This document shows, piece after piece, positions 49,510 to 63,049 of a stretch of DNA of 64,000 nucleotides (position 1 is the stretch's first letter; the number at the start of each line of letters is the position of its first letter). Made by a program: the position numbers and the translations under genes. This DNA is from Leucoraja erinacea (Eukaryota): contig NC_073384.1 in the NCBI RefSeq assembly GCF_028641065.1, positions 61,256,001 to 61,320,000 of the forward strand, read 5' to 3'. A model generated the notes under the pieces. The model searched no databases. It was not told the DNA's origin and saw only the letters and a program-made list of their open reading frames with translations.

Positions 49510-50246
49510 TAAATGGCGACAAGATGGGAAAAGGGGAAGTACAACGGGATCTGGGGGGTCCTTGTATATAAGTCTATGAAAATAAGCATGCAGATACAAC
49601 AGGCAGTGAAGAAAGTGAATGGCATGTTGGCCTTTATAACAAGAGGAATCGAATATAAGAGCAAAGAGGTCCTTCTGCAGTTGTACAGAGCCCTAGTGAG
49701 ACCACCCCTGGAGTATTGTATGCAGTTTTGGTCCCCTAATTTGAGGAAGGACATTCTTGCTATTGAGGGCGTGCAGCGTAGGTTTACAAGGTTAATTCCC
49801 GGGATGGCAGGACTGTCATATGCTGAGAGAATGGAGCAGCTGGGATTGTACATTCTGGAGTTTAGAAGGATGAGAGGGTATCTCATTGAAACATATAAGA
49901 TTGTTAAGGGCTTGGACGCACTAGAGGCAGGAAATATGTTCCCGATGTTGGGGGAGTCCAGAACCAGGGGGCCACAGTTTAAGAATAAGGGGTAAGCCAT
50001 TTAGAACAGAGACTTTTTCTCACAGAGAGTGGTGAATTATCTGCCTCAGAGGGCGGTGGAGGAAGGTTCTCTGGGTGTTTTCAAGAGAGAGCTAGATAGG
50101 GCTCTTAAAAATAGCGTAGTCAGGGGATATGGGGAGAAGGCAGGAACGGGATACTGATTGGGGATGATCAGCCATGATCACATTGAATGGCGGTGCTGGC
50201 TCGAAGGGCCAAATGGCCTACTCCTGCACCTATGGTCTATTGTCTA
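49510..50246 (+). mobile_element. 5'-truncated CR1 LINE
   Basis: LYRALVRPPLEYCMQFWSP...RRFTRLIPG; same subfamily as 7303-7660. Confidence 0.93.
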
Positions 50247-50256
50247 AGGGCATATC

Positions 50257-51099
50257 AAAGACAAAGTCAAAAGTCAAAAGTCAAAGTCAATTTTATTCAT
50301 CACATCCACCCAAAGTTGCAATGAAATGAATTTGCCAGCAGCGGTACACTTAAAAAGAACACCCAATACACGGTAAAATTTAACACAAACATCCACCGCA
50401 GCATTCTTCACTGTGGTGCAAGGCAACAAAGTTCAGCCAGTCCTCCTCCTTTGTTCAACCGTGGTCGATGCCGTAAACCCTCTGTAGTCGCCGCTACAGA
50501 CGGCCCGATGTTCAGGCCCTCTCGACGGGATGATCCAAACTCCGGCGTCCGTATGGTCGAACACACTCCACCACTTGGAAATCCCGATTCGGTACTTTCC
50601 TACCAGAGACCACGCTTCAGGATGTTATAGCCGCAGGCCGGTGGTCGGAGCTCTTCTCCGGCAATCCCCGGCAAGGGATCCCAGGCGCCGGATGGTAAGT
50701 CCATGCCACGCCCACGGCTTGAAGTTCCGCAGACCACAGCCCGATGATGCCAAAGTCACCAGGCCAGCGATCGGAGTACTCCTCTCTGGTGACCCCTGCA
50801 AAGGGTTCGCCCGCTCTGCGATGGAAAGTCCACGCTGCGCCTGCTGCCGATGCTCCGGGCCCGACTCCGGGAAAGGCGCTCCAATCCATGGTGTTAGGCA
50901 GCGAGGGAGGCTATATGGAAAAAGTCGCCTCTACGTGGAGGAGGCGACCAAAAATGGTTCCCCCCTTTCCCCTCCCCACCACCCCCCATACAAGACACAC
51001 CGAGAGACACCCAAACCAACACTAGACACATTAAAAAAAAAGTAGACATAACGAACACGCTGCTGGCAGGGCAGCGGTCTCGCAGCACCGCCACCGACC
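50257..51099 (-). mobile_element. Apparently full-length CpG-rich non-autonomous retroposon with Rex-like tail
   Basis: Candidate TSD catatc (50251 and 51100), tail aataaaattgactttgacttttgac repeats, no credible ORF. Confidence 0.7.
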
Positions 51100-51164
51100 C
51101 ATATCCTGTTCATTAAAGTTGTTCGAGCTTGAATAGCATTTTTTACTTATGAGAGCCTGTTTTA

Positions 51165-51680
51165 TAGAATCATAGTCATAGAGTCTTACAGTATCGAAAC
51201 AGGCCTTTCATTGCAGCTAGCCCACACCGGCCAACATGATACATCTACACTAGTCCCACATTTGGCCCATATCCCTCCTAACCTGTCCTATCCATGTACC
51301 TGTCTAAATGTTTCTTATATGCTGCAATATATCTGCTTCAACTACATCCTCCAGCAGGTTGTTCCTTATACCCACCACTTTGTGTAAAAATGGCACCCCT
51401 CAGGTTCCTATTAAATCTTCCCCCCCCCCCCTCACCTTAAACCTATCTCCTCTGGCTCTTGATTCCCTTACTTTGGGCAAAAGACTGTGCGTCTATCTAA
51501 TCTATCCTCTCATGATATTATATACCTCCATAAGATTGCCCCTCATCTTCCTGCACTCCAAGAAATAGAGTCCCAGCCTGCTCAACCTCACCCTATAGCT
51601 CAGGCCCTTGTGTCCTGGCTACATCCTGCTAAATCTTCTCTGCACCCTTTTCAGCTTGACAACATGCTTCCTATAACACA
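51165..51680 (-). mobile_element. CR1 3' fragment
   Basis: VKLKRVQRRFSRM..WNNLLEDVVEA motifs and a catagtcatagag tail. Confidence 0.85.
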
Positions 51681-51699
51681 GAACTCAATAATGAACACA

Positions 51700-51786
51700 A
51701 TTCTGAAAAAGGGTCACGACCCGAAACATCACCCATTCTTTCTCTCCAGAGATGCTGCCTGTCCCACTGAGTGACTCCAGCTTTTT
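51700..51786 (+). mobile_element. Penelope terminal fragment
   Basis: ctgaaaaagggtcacgacccgaaacatcacccattc. Confidence 0.8.
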
Positions 51787-53672
51787 AACCATATAACCAT
51801 ATAACAATTACAGCACGGAAACAGGCCATCTCGGCCCTACAAGTCCATCCCGAACAAATTTTTTTCCCCTTAGTCCCACCTGCCTGCACTCGTACCATAA
51901 CCCTCCATTCCCTTCTCATCCATATGCCTATCCAATTTATTTTTAAATGATACCAATGAACCTGCCTCCACCACTTCCACTGGGAGCTCATTCCACACCG
52001 CCACCACTCTCTGCGTAAAGAAGTTCCCCCTCATATTACCCCTAAACTTCTGTCCCTTAATTCTGAAGTCATGTCCCCTTGTTTAAATCTTCCCTATTCT
52101 CAAAAGGAAAAGCTTGTCCACATCAACTCTGTCTATCCCTCTCATCATTTTAAAGACCTCTATCAGGTCCCCCCTTAACCTTCTGCGCTCCAGAGAATAA
52201 AGACCTAACTTATTCAACCTATCTCTGTAACTTAGTTGTTGAAACCCAGGCAACATTCTAGTAAATCTCCTCTGTACTCTCTCTATTTTGTTGACATCCT
52301 TCCTATAATTTGGCGACCAAAATTGTACCCCATACTCCAGATTTGGTCTCACCAATGCCTTGTACAATTTTAACATTACATCCCAGCTTCTATACTCAAT
52401 GCTCTGATTTATAAAGGCTAGCATACCAAAAGCTTTCTTTACCACCCTATCTATATGAGATTCCACCTTCAAGGAACTATGCACGGTTATACCCAGATCC
52501 CTCTGTTCAACTGTATTCTTCAATTCCCTACCATTTACCATGTACGTCCTATTTTGATTTGTCCTGCCAAGGTGTAGCACCTCACATTTATCAGCATTAA
52601 ACTCCATCTGCCATCTTTCAGCCCATTTTTCCAAATGGCCTAAATCACTCTGTAGACTTTGGAAATCCTCTTCATTATCCACAACACCCCCTATCTTAGT
52701 ATCATCTGCATACTTACTAATCCAATTTACCACACCTTCATCCAGATCATTGATGTACATGACAAACAACAAAGGACCCAACACAGATCCCTGAGGCACC
52801 CCACTAGTCACCTGCCTCCAACCCGATAAACAGCCATCCACCATTACCCTCTGGCTTCTCCCATTCAGCCACTGTTGAATCCATCTTGCTATTCCTGCAT
52901 TTATACCCAACAGTTGAACCTTCTTAACCAACCTTCCATGAGGAACCTTGTCAAAGGCCTTACTAAAGTCCATATAGACAACATCCACTGCTTTACCCTC
53001 GTCAATTTCCCTAGTAACCTCTTCAAAAAATTCAAGAAGATTAGTCAAACATGACCTTCCAAGCACAAATCCATGTTGACTGTTCCTAATCAGACCCTGT
53101 TTATCTAGATGCTTATATATATTGTCTCTAAGTATCTTTTGCATTAATTTGCCCACCACTGAAGTCAAACTAACAGGTCTATAATTGCTAGGTTTACTCT
53201 TAGAACCCTTTTTAAACAATGGAACAACATGCGCAGTACGCCAATCCTCGGGGGCTATTCCCGTTTCTAATGACATTTGAAATATTTCTGTCATTGCCCC
53301 GGCTATTTCTACACTAACTTCCCTCAATGTCCTAGGGAATATCCTGTCAGGACCTGGAGACTTATCCACTTTTATATTTTTCAAAAGTGTCAGTACTTCT
53401 TTTACTTTGAACCTCATAGTATCCATAGCTACTCTACTAGTTTCCCTTACCTCACATAATTCAATATCCTTCTCCTTGGTGAATACCGAAGAAAAAAAAT
53501 TGTTCAATATCTCCCCCATCTCTTTTGGCTCTGCAGATAGCTGTCCACTCTGTCTCTCCAATGGACCAATTTTATCCCTCGTTATCCTTTTGCTATTAAT
53601 ATAGCTGTAGAAACCCTTTGGATTGACTTTCACCTTACTTGCCAAAGCAACCTCATATCTTCTTTTAGCTTT
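51787..53672 (-). mobile_element. Young 5'-truncated CR1 LINE with open RT domain
   Basis: ORF 52083-53690: KSPGPD, NYRPVSLTS, QHGF, DFSKAFDKV, SGVPQGSVLGP, YADD; tail (ccatataa)n. Confidence 0.97.
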
Positions 53673-54283
53673 AGCTTTTTGTGCATACATTTGGTTTAAA
53701 CCAGCATCTTCAGTTCCTTCTTACGCAATGCTACAAATGCTGCCTTACCCAATGTCTTATACAACTGCAACATGACCTCCCAACTTCTATACTCAATACT
53801 CTGACGGATGAATGCCAATGTGACAAAAGCCTTTTTGACCACTCTATGTGCATGTGATGCCACTTTCATCAAACTATGAACCTGTACTCCTAATTCCCTC
53901 TGCTCTACAACACCCCCTGGAGCCCTACCATTCACTGTGCAGGTCCTGCCCATGTTAGTGCTCCCAAAATGCAACACCTCACGTTTCTCTAAATTAAATT
54001 CCATCAACCATTCCTCAGCCCACCTGCACAACTGATCAAGATCTTGCTTCAATTTATGACAACCACCTTCACTCTCTAAAATACCATCCACTTTGGTGTC
54101 ATCTGCAAACCTGCTAATCATACCATGCACTTTCTCATCCACATCACTGATACAGATGACAAACAGCACCAAACCCTGAGGGGCAACACTAGTTACAAAC
54201 CTCCACCATCACCCTAGTCTTCAATCCATGAAGCCAATTTTCGCTCCATTCAGCAATCTCTCCTCGAATCCCATGGGGATTAA

Positions 54284-54978
54284 ATTGCCTGTCCCACTTA
54301 CGTGTCCTTGGCACTGAAATTACGCGACCTCGACGTTGCGTTGAGGCGCACGGGCATCGTGTGGCCACGCGGGGCCGGTTCCAATGAGAAGCGCAGAGGG
54401 GTATGTAGTTGTGCGCGACATCGCACAGGGTTCCAAAATGTTTGTAGTAAACTACTTCTTCGCGCGCCAATGGCCTGTCGAGTAACTGATGGCCAAAGTG
54501 GGACAGGCCCAAGACGTTGGCGCGACTAAACGTCTCACCTCCAACAGCAGAAGAAGCAGGCAATCGATCGCCGAGCTTGGCCTGGGGCTCACTGCCATTG
54601 CAGTCCGAATCCGCCCCCACTTCTACTCCCAGAGCGGGGCCAAGAAAATTGAAGATAGACACAAAATGCTGGAGTAACTCAGCGGGACCGGCAGCATCTC
54701 TGGAGAGAAGCAATGGGTGACGTTTCGGGTCAAGACCCTTCCTTCAGACTGAAGAAGAGTCTCGACATGAAACGTCACCCATTCCTTCTCTCCAGAGATG
54801 CTGCCGGTCCCACTGAGTTACTCCAGCATTTTGTGTCCTTCTTCAAATGATGTCATGCGCTCCAGACAGCTGTGCAGGCGCATGAAATCACACGCACCTT
54901 CGCGGGACCGTCACGCCTCAAAGCGACCACGAGGTCACGTAATTAGCGTCCCAAGGACACGTAAGTGGGACAGGGGCT
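54284..54978. mobile_element. PIF/Harbinger-type MITE containing a Penelope palindrome
   Basis: TIRs cctgtcccacttacgtgtccttgg...; TAA at 54281 and 54979; CR1 sequence rejoins across it. Confidence 0.88.
54649..54846. mobile_element. Palindrome of two inverted Penelope terminal units joined at their hammerhead motifs
   Basis: About 97-bp arms with centre cttcag-a-ctgaag. Confidence 0.9.
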
Positions 54979-55161
54979 TAACCTTGCAGAGCAGCCTACC
55001 ATGCAGTACCTTGTCAAATGCCTTACTAAAATCCATGTACACAACGTCCACAGCTCTGCTTTCATCGATCTGTTTGGTAACATCCTCAAAAACTCAATCA
55101 GATTTGATTATGATACTTTTAAATCATCCATAATCGTAATAATAAGATAACAATCTTCTTA

Positions 55162-55260
55162 TTTTAGTTTAGAGACATAGCGCAGAAACAGGCCCTTCGG
55201 CCCACTGAGTCCACACCGGACAGCAATCTCCGTACACTAACACAATCTTCTACACTAATT
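55162..55260 (-). mobile_element. HE1-like SINE 3' tail
   Basis: tttagtttagagac...aaacaggcccttcggcccac; matches 24535-24600. Confidence 0.7.
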
Positions 55261-56316
55261 GTTTTACAACTTTTTACAGAAGATTGCTTTTTAACAATCG
55301 AGCCGGCAAAGATCTAAATTAAAATAAATCAGAAAAAGTCAGAAATGTTCGACTTGAAAAATTATGATGTTCACAGTAAATGCTTTCGACCTCGCATTCT
55401 ATTTGTAGATTTGGCTTTGTGAGTGAAGTATAAAAATCAGCAGAGGCAGCCGAACAGATGATGTCTTACTGCGTCATGAACAAATCTGTAAGCTGTTTGA
55501 ATGTTATTAGTGATAAGGCTGCCAGTTCTTACTTAAAAATTGCACTATTAGGCTAAAATAAGCTCTGAAAAGGTTCACAGAACAGCAGAATGTAGGGATG
55601 TAAAATAAGCATTATCAAATTGCAGCATAGGCTCACTAGAATAGTTCCTGGGATAAGTGAGTTGCCCTCTGGAGCAGGAAATGCACTGTCACTGAATATA
55701 TTCAAGGATTAGACATACACTTTTGGATATCATGATATTCAGAGCATTTGGGGATTGGTCCACAATGTGTACATGAGTCACGGTATCTTAATGAATAGGT
55801 GAATGACCCTGCCTTATTGCTTATATTCAGACAGGTTGTCTGAATCAGCACACTGGAGACAATGAAAGCTAATTTTACATTCTAATGAACATTCGCATTC
55901 ATTATTATTGCGACGTTGTTCATTAAAAATCAATAGGGGTCATTTCCTATTCTTGGTTAGGTGACAGGCTGCCTGACAAAAAGATGACACTAGTTTAATC
56001 TGACAGGAATATTAGGGAAACTGCTAGATTCAGGGATGTTAATAGGTAGCAAGAGTGGAAATGTAAACTTCTTATTTGAAGTTTTACTGGCATGGAATAT
56101 ATCATGTTGTATTTAAGTGCAAAAGAAAATACATGGACTGAATTATGTGAATTTCATCATATTTGCTCAGACTGTATTTTAAAGATGCAGCTTTACAATT
56201 CGGAAATCAAAATTAATTTCACCAATCATTTTTTCCAATCCATTTTTTGAAGACCGTGTGGTAAAACACATTCAATACAAATATCTGGTTTGGGTCACAA
56301 AGAAGTTACTATTTCA

Positions 56317-58757
56317 CCCATATAACAATTACAACACGGAAACAGGCCATCTCGACCCTTCTAGTCCGTGCCAAACACGTATTCTCCCCTAGTCCCATAC
56401 ACCTGCGTTCAGACCATAACCCTCCATACCTTTCCCGTCCATATAACTATCCAATTTATTTTTAAATGATAAAAATGAACCTGCCTCCACCACCTTCACT
56501 GGAAACTCATTCCACACAGCCACCACTCTCTGAGTAAAGAAGTTCCCCCTCATGTTACCCCTAAACTTCTGTCCCTTAATTCTCAAGTCATGTCCCCTTG
56601 TTTGAATCTTCCCTACTCTCAGTGGGAAAAGCTTATCCACGTCAACTCTGTCTATCCCCCCCTTAACCTTCTGCGCTCCAAAGAATAAAGCCCTAACTTG
56701 TTCAACCTTTCTTTGTAACTTAGTTGCTGAAACCCAGGCAACATTCTAGTAAATCTCCTCTGTACTCGCTCTATTTTGTTGACATCGTTCCTATAATTAG
56801 GCGACCAAAATTGTACACCATACTGCAAAATTGGCCTCACCAATGCCTTGTACAATTTTAACATTACATCCCAACTTCTATACTCAATGCTCTGATTTAT
56901 AAAGGCCAGCACACCAAAAGCTTTCTTTACCACCCTATCTACATGAGATTCCACTTTCAGGGAACTGTGCACAGTTATTCCCAGATCCCTCTGTTCACCT
57001 GCATTCTTCAATTCCCTACCATTTACCATGTACGTCCTATTTGGATTTGTCCTGCCAAGTGTAGCACCTCACACTTATCAACATTAAACTCCATCTGCCA
57101 TCTTTCAGCCCACTCTTCCAACTGGCATAAATCTCTCTGTAGACTTTGAAAATCTACTTCATTATCCACAACCCCACCTATCTTAGTATCATCTGCATAC
57201 TTACTAATCCAATTTACCACACCATCATCCAGATCATTGATGTACATGACAACCAACAGTGGACCCAACACAGATCCCTGTGGCACCCCACTAGTCACTG
57301 GCCTCCAACCTGACAAACAACCATCCACCATTACTCTCTGGCATCTCCCATTCAGCCACTGTTGAATCCATCTTGCTACTCCTCCATTAATCCCCAACCA
57401 TTGAACCTTCTTAACCAACCTTCCGTGAGAAACCTTGTCAAAGGCCTTACTGAAGTCCATGTATACAACATCGACTGCTTTACCCTCATCAATTTCCCGA
57501 GTAACCTCTTCAAAAAATTCAAGAAGATTAGTCAAACATGACCTTCCAGGCACAAATCCATGTTGACTGTTCCTAATCAGACCCTGTTTATCCAGATGCT
57601 TATATATATTATCTCTAAGTATCCTTTCCATTAATTTGCCCACCACTGACGTCAAACTAACAGGTCTATAATTGCTAGGTTTACTCTTAGAACCCTTTTT
57701 AAACAATGGAACAACATGCGCAGTACGCCAATCCTCCGGCACTATTTCCGTTTCTAATGACATTTGAAATATTTCTGTCATAGCCCCTGCTATTTCTACA
57801 CTAACTTCCCTCAATGTCCTAGGGAATATCCTGTCCGGACCTGGAGACTTATCCACTTTTATATTTCTCAAAATTGTCAGTACTTCCTCTTCTTTGATCC
57901 TCATAGTTTCCATAGCTACTCTACTTGTTTCCCTTACCTCACATAATTCAATATCCTTCTCCTTGGTGAATACCGAAGAAAAGAAATTGTTCAATATCTC
58001 CCCCATCTCTTTTGGCTCTGCAGATAGCTGTCCACTCTGACTCTCTAATGGACCAACTTTATCCCTCGTTATCCTTTTGCTATTAATATAGCTGTAGAAA
58101 CCCTTAGGATTTACTTTCACCTTACTTGCCAAAGCAACCTCATATCTTCTTTTAGCTTTTCTAATTTCTTTCTTGAGATTCTTTTTACGTTCTTTATACT
58201 TCTCAAGCACCTCATTTACTCCATGCTGCCTATAATTATTGTAGATCTCTCTCTTTTTCTGAACCAAGTGTCCAATTTCCCTTGAAAACCATGGCTCTTT
58301 CCAATTTTTACTATTTCCTTTCAACCGAACAGGGACATAAAGATTCTGTACTCTTAAAATTTCACCTTTAAATGTCCTCCATTTCTCTTCCACATCTTTC
58401 CCATAAAACAAACTGTCCCAATTTACTCCTTTTAAATCCTTTCGCATCTCATCAAAGTTAGCCTTTCTCCAATCAAAAATCTCAACCTTAGGTCCAGTTC
58501 TGACCCTCTCCATAATTATATTGAAACTAATGGTATTGTGATTACTGGTCCCGAACTGTTCCCCAACGCATACCTCTGCCACCTGACCCGTCTCATTTAC
58601 TAACATGAGGTCCAGCACCACCCCTTCTCTAGTAGGTAATTCTATGTATTGCTGCAAAAAACTATCCTTCACACATTTTACAAACTCCAACCCATCCAGC
58701 CCATTTACAGAATGTGTTTCCCAGTCTATGTGTGGAAAATTGAAATCTCCCACAATC
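56317..58757 (-). mobile_element. Young CR1 LINE truncated within the endonuclease domain
   Basis: ORF 57023-58753 (GDFN through the full RT), 1-bp deletion near 57058, about 31-bp deletion near 56657 relative to the 51787 copy. Confidence 0.97.
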
Positions 58758-59250
58758 CCATGATATATGCAATTGTACTGGGCGGTAAGGGGAAGTTACA
58801 TCATAAACCAAGTTGTCAGGATCACTAATGTGAGTGAGTAAAATAACTCTTTGTCAAACCTGAATTGTTAAGAGGGAAACGTAATTTAAAAAAAAAAGGC
58901 TGCATATAGTTGGCAGATTGACAGAACCTATGAGTGAGAAACAAAGTTAATGCATCACATCATGACCCTTCAATAGACTTGAGCTAATGTTTAAAACTAA
59001 AGTTCATTGACTGAATCACTATTTTGTAAGGATGACTTAATAGTTTAGGGAAAGATAGTTAAAATATACAGATTACAAGAGAGATCTTTATGAAATTCTG
59101 TGTAATACTGTCACATCTCGTTGTGGAATCATATTAGTTCACTAATCATTCCATGCTGATTTCCATATGAAAAATGTTCTTATGGCAAGATTAGAAATTG
59201 GGAAACATACTATAAAAGGAAATCACTGCTCTTTATATTGGAAGGTCATA

Positions 59251-60153
59251 GAAACATAGAAATTAGGTGCAGGAGTAGGCCATTCGGCCCTTCGAGCCTG
59301 CACCGCCATTCAATATGATCATGGCTGATCATCAAACTCAGTATCCCGTACCTGCCTTCTCTCCATACCCTCTCATCCACTAGCCACAAGGGCCACATCT
59401 AACTCCCTCTTAAATATAGCCAATGAACTGGCCTCGACTACCCTCTGTGGCAGAGAGTTCCAGAGATTCACCACTCTCTGTGTGAAAAAAGTTCTTCTCA
59501 TCTCGGTTTTAAAGAATTTCCCCCTTATCCTTAAGCTGTGACCCCTTGTCCTGGACGTCCCAAACATCGGGAACAATCTTCCTGCATCTAGCCTGTCCAA
59601 CCCCTTAAGAATTTTGTAAGTTTCTATAAGATCCCCTCTCAATCTCCTAAATTCTAGAGAGTATAAACCAAGTCTATCCAGTCTTTCTTCATAAGACAGT
59701 CTTGACATCCCAGGAATCAGTCTGGTGAACCGTCTCTGCACTCCCTCTATGGCAATAATGTCCTTCCTCAGATTTGGAGACCAAAACTGTACGCAATACT
59801 CCAGGTGTGTTCTCACCAAGACCCTGTACAACTGCAGTAGAACCTCCCTGCTCCTATAGTCAAATCCTTTTGCTATGAAAGCTAACATACCATTCGCTTT
59901 CTTCACTGCCTGCTGCACCTGCATGGCTACTTTCAATGACTGGTGTACCATGACACCCAGGTCTCGCTGCATCTCCCCTTTTCCTAGTCGGCCACCATTT
60001 AGATAATAGTCTGCTTTCCTGTTTTTGCCACCAAATTGGATAACCTCCCATTTATCCACATTATACTGCATCTTCCAAACATTTGCCCACTCACCCAGCC
60101 TATCCAAGTCACCTTGCAGTCTCCTAGCATCCTCCTCACAGCTAACACTGCCT
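59251..60153 (-). mobile_element. 5'-truncated CR1 LINE with 9-bp TSD
   Basis: LQGDLDRL..LEYCVQFWSP..WNSLP; aaggtcata at 59242 and 60154. Confidence 0.95.
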
Positions 60154-60909
60154 AAGGTCATAAATGGATCACAATAGGAGAATTGTTTTGATAATTCAGT
60201 AGCAATGTTTTCAGTTCTTGTTACAGGAATTTGTGTAGTATCAATGGACTTAGTGGAAGCAAGGCTAGCAGTCACAGCACATAGAAAAAATATTTAAATA
60301 TTTTCATTGTTTGATTTTCTTTTGCTTTCTGGTTCCAAAATAGCAATTTTCTAGTTCCTGATTTGAAGTTGTATTGAAAAAAAATCTTTCAACTGGCTAG
60401 TTGAGTCAAATCACTGATTTTCAAGTAATGCTTATATTTGTTTTCTATCTGAAAGGAATAAACAATAATTTCAGATAAGCAGAATGGATAACTGGTGATG
60501 ATGGATGGACATTAGTGTCAATTATATACAGATTTAGAGTGGTATTCACACTACATTTTTAATCCTTTAGGGAATATACAATATCCTTTTAATTAATTCA
60601 GTTACGCAAAGTTTTTCTAAAGCAGCATTTCATAAGCAGGCCAGAAAATGCTTTTGTCTGAAGCTAATTTTTCATTTCTATTGCTGAGTGCTGCATTATT
60701 CTAGTTCAAAACTGTATTCTGTCCCGCAATTAATTACGTACCAAGAAAATCCACAAAAAAAAAAATTGAAGTGAAGGTCAAGATGCACATTGACATTAAA
60801 TCTTATTGTTGACAGTTTACAAAATGCCCCTTTCAAGCATATTCATTAATTCCAGATTGCATTTATGAAGTAAAATGTGAATACAATCCAAAGAAGGAAC
60901 AATGATTTA

Positions 60910-61560
60910 GAACGTGGAATATAGAACAGTACAGCACAGGAACAGCTCCTTCACCCCAGAATATCCATGATGTCATTATGTCAAGTAATGTCCTCTGCCT
61001 GCATATGATCCCTACATATCCATGTGCCTATCCAAAAGCCCCTTAAATGCCACTTTTGTATCTGCATCCTCCACCACCCCTGCCTATGCATTCATGCACC
61101 TACCAGTCTGTGTGTAGAAGATGAGCCCCTCATATATTTAAATGTTACCCCTTTCACTGTAAAGCTGTGCCTTCTCATCTGTGATATTTCAACCCAAGGA
61201 TAAAAAAGTTCTGCCGACCCTAACTATGCCTCTCATAATTTTATATACTTCTATCAGATCTTCCCGCAACCTTCCCAATGCTCCAGAGAAGACAATCTAA
61301 GTTTATCCAACCTCAGTTTATAGCTAATACCCCTTAATCCATTCAGCATTCTTGTGCACGCTCTTCTGCACCCTCTCCAAAGCATTGTCCTGCAATGGAA
61401 CTGCACACAATACTTCAAATGCAGCCTAATCGAAAACCTAAAAAGTTGCAAACATGACATCATGATTTTTATATTCAATTTTGCATTCTGTACGCCTTCT
61501 TTATCTCGCTATCTACGTGTGTTACCATGTTCAGGGAGCTATGGATTTGGGCCCCTTTGA
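60910..61560 (-). mobile_element. Old CR1 3' fragment
   Basis: RLHLKYCVQF..RMLNGL..Y..RLDKL.L.SLE. Confidence 0.8.
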
Positions 61561-62149
61561 TTTATCCTGCAAATGTATCGAGTCATATAATCATGCAACA
61601 TGGAACAAGGCCCGATGATGCACTGTTTCCATGCTGACCATTACGTGCCAATCTTTAATAATCCAATGTCCCAATCCTCAACCTCATCGAAACCTTTCGT
61701 CGAACACCAAATAGAAAAGGTCTTGTGAAGCCCTGTGATGGGAGTGGTCTTCTGACTATGGAGTTATGATGGTGTCAAATAACCATGTTACATTAGAACT
61801 TCACCAGAACTGACATAGTGGGTTTGCAAGTATAAAGGAAGATATTGCACGTTTGCTCACATTGTTGCTTAACAAGCAAAAACAAGTAATCCATACGATA
61901 TACGTATTTAATCCCATATAGGAATATGGTCAAAAACTGATGACTGTTTATTTCCAATACAGTTCTGACTTCTGAAGTTCTGAAATACTTCAAAGCACAA
62001 GAAATACATTAATTTGTTAAACTGTTATTTGTGAAATTTCTGCCTCAACCTCACATAGTCACAGATGGGTGTTTTAAACTTTATTTAGCACTCTGCATAT
62101 TTTTTTAAATGTCAACAAAAGTTGTGCTTTTTGATTCTCAGTCATTTAT

Positions 62150-62545
62150 AAGTTCTGAAGTTATAGGAGCAGAATTAGGCCATCTGGTCTATCAAGTCTA
62201 CTCTGCCATTCAAACATGGCTGATCTATCTTTCCCTCTCAACCCCATTCTCCTACCTTCTCCCCATAACCCGTCATACCCATACCAATCAATTATCTGTC
62301 AATCCCTGCCTTAAAAATACCCAAAGAATAGGCCTCTTTATTGTCACTCTTTACCTTCTGCCATCCAGCCAAAATTTAATCCATGCCAGCATCTTCCCTC
62401 TAATACCATGAGCTCTCATCTTCTTTAGCAGCCTAACGTGCAGCACCTTATGACAGGCCATCTGAAAATCCAGGTAAACAATATCCACTGACTCTCCTTG
62501 TGTCTATCCCGCTATTAACTTCCTTAAAGAATTCCAACAGATAGG
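62150..62545 (-). mobile_element. CR1 fragments (3' end joined to an RT piece)
   Basis: gcagaattaggccat 3' UTR; YLDFQMA near 62470. Confidence 0.75.
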
Positions 62546-62564
62546 AATTAATTTTTCATTGTGG

Positions 62565-62785
62565 AGACACAAGAAAGTGCAGATGCTGGAATCTTGAGCA
62601 AAACACTGTGTTGTAGGAACTCACGGGTCAGGCAGCAGATGTGGAGGGAATGGACAGACGATGTTTCGGGTTGAGTCCCTTCTTCAGACTCTGTCTGAAG
62701 AAGGGTTCAGTGCAAAAACATCATCTGTCCGTTCTCTCCACACATGCTGCCTGACCTGCTGAGTTCCTCCTGCACTTGTCTTTTG
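62565..62785. mobile_element. Inverted pair of Penelope terminal units
   Basis: Centre cccttcttcagac-tct-gtctgaagaaggg with complementary arms. Confidence 0.85.
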
Positions 62786-63049
62786 GTCAATTCTTTGTTG
62801 TGATTGCTGTTCACCCATCTTGATGACATTGCAGCTGCTGCTGCAGTGTAGATTCATTAGATATGCCTGTGAACTGAGGATTAACATCCACAGGTGTCAG
62901 AAAAAGGGAACTTTTCACCAAAGACATAGCTAAATATTTTTTTTATTGGCGTTCCTCAAGATCAATCATATATTTATGCAGTGACCAAAAATTCAACATT
63001 TCACTTGTCTAGAGATTCAAAGGTAAATTTTTTTGGCTGTTTTTTTTTG

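Larger units (their letters stand above)
53725..55110 (-). mobile_element. Older CR1 RT fragment hosting a MITE
   Basis: RFADDTKV, EFN.EK.EVLHFG; AFDKVLHGRL continues beyond the MITE. Confidence 0.85.

Noticed and set aside
50530-51045. 171-aa ORF and similar ORFs at 8666-9037 and 54189-54713
   Set aside because: Stop-poor GC-rich repeat sequence with no protein motifs
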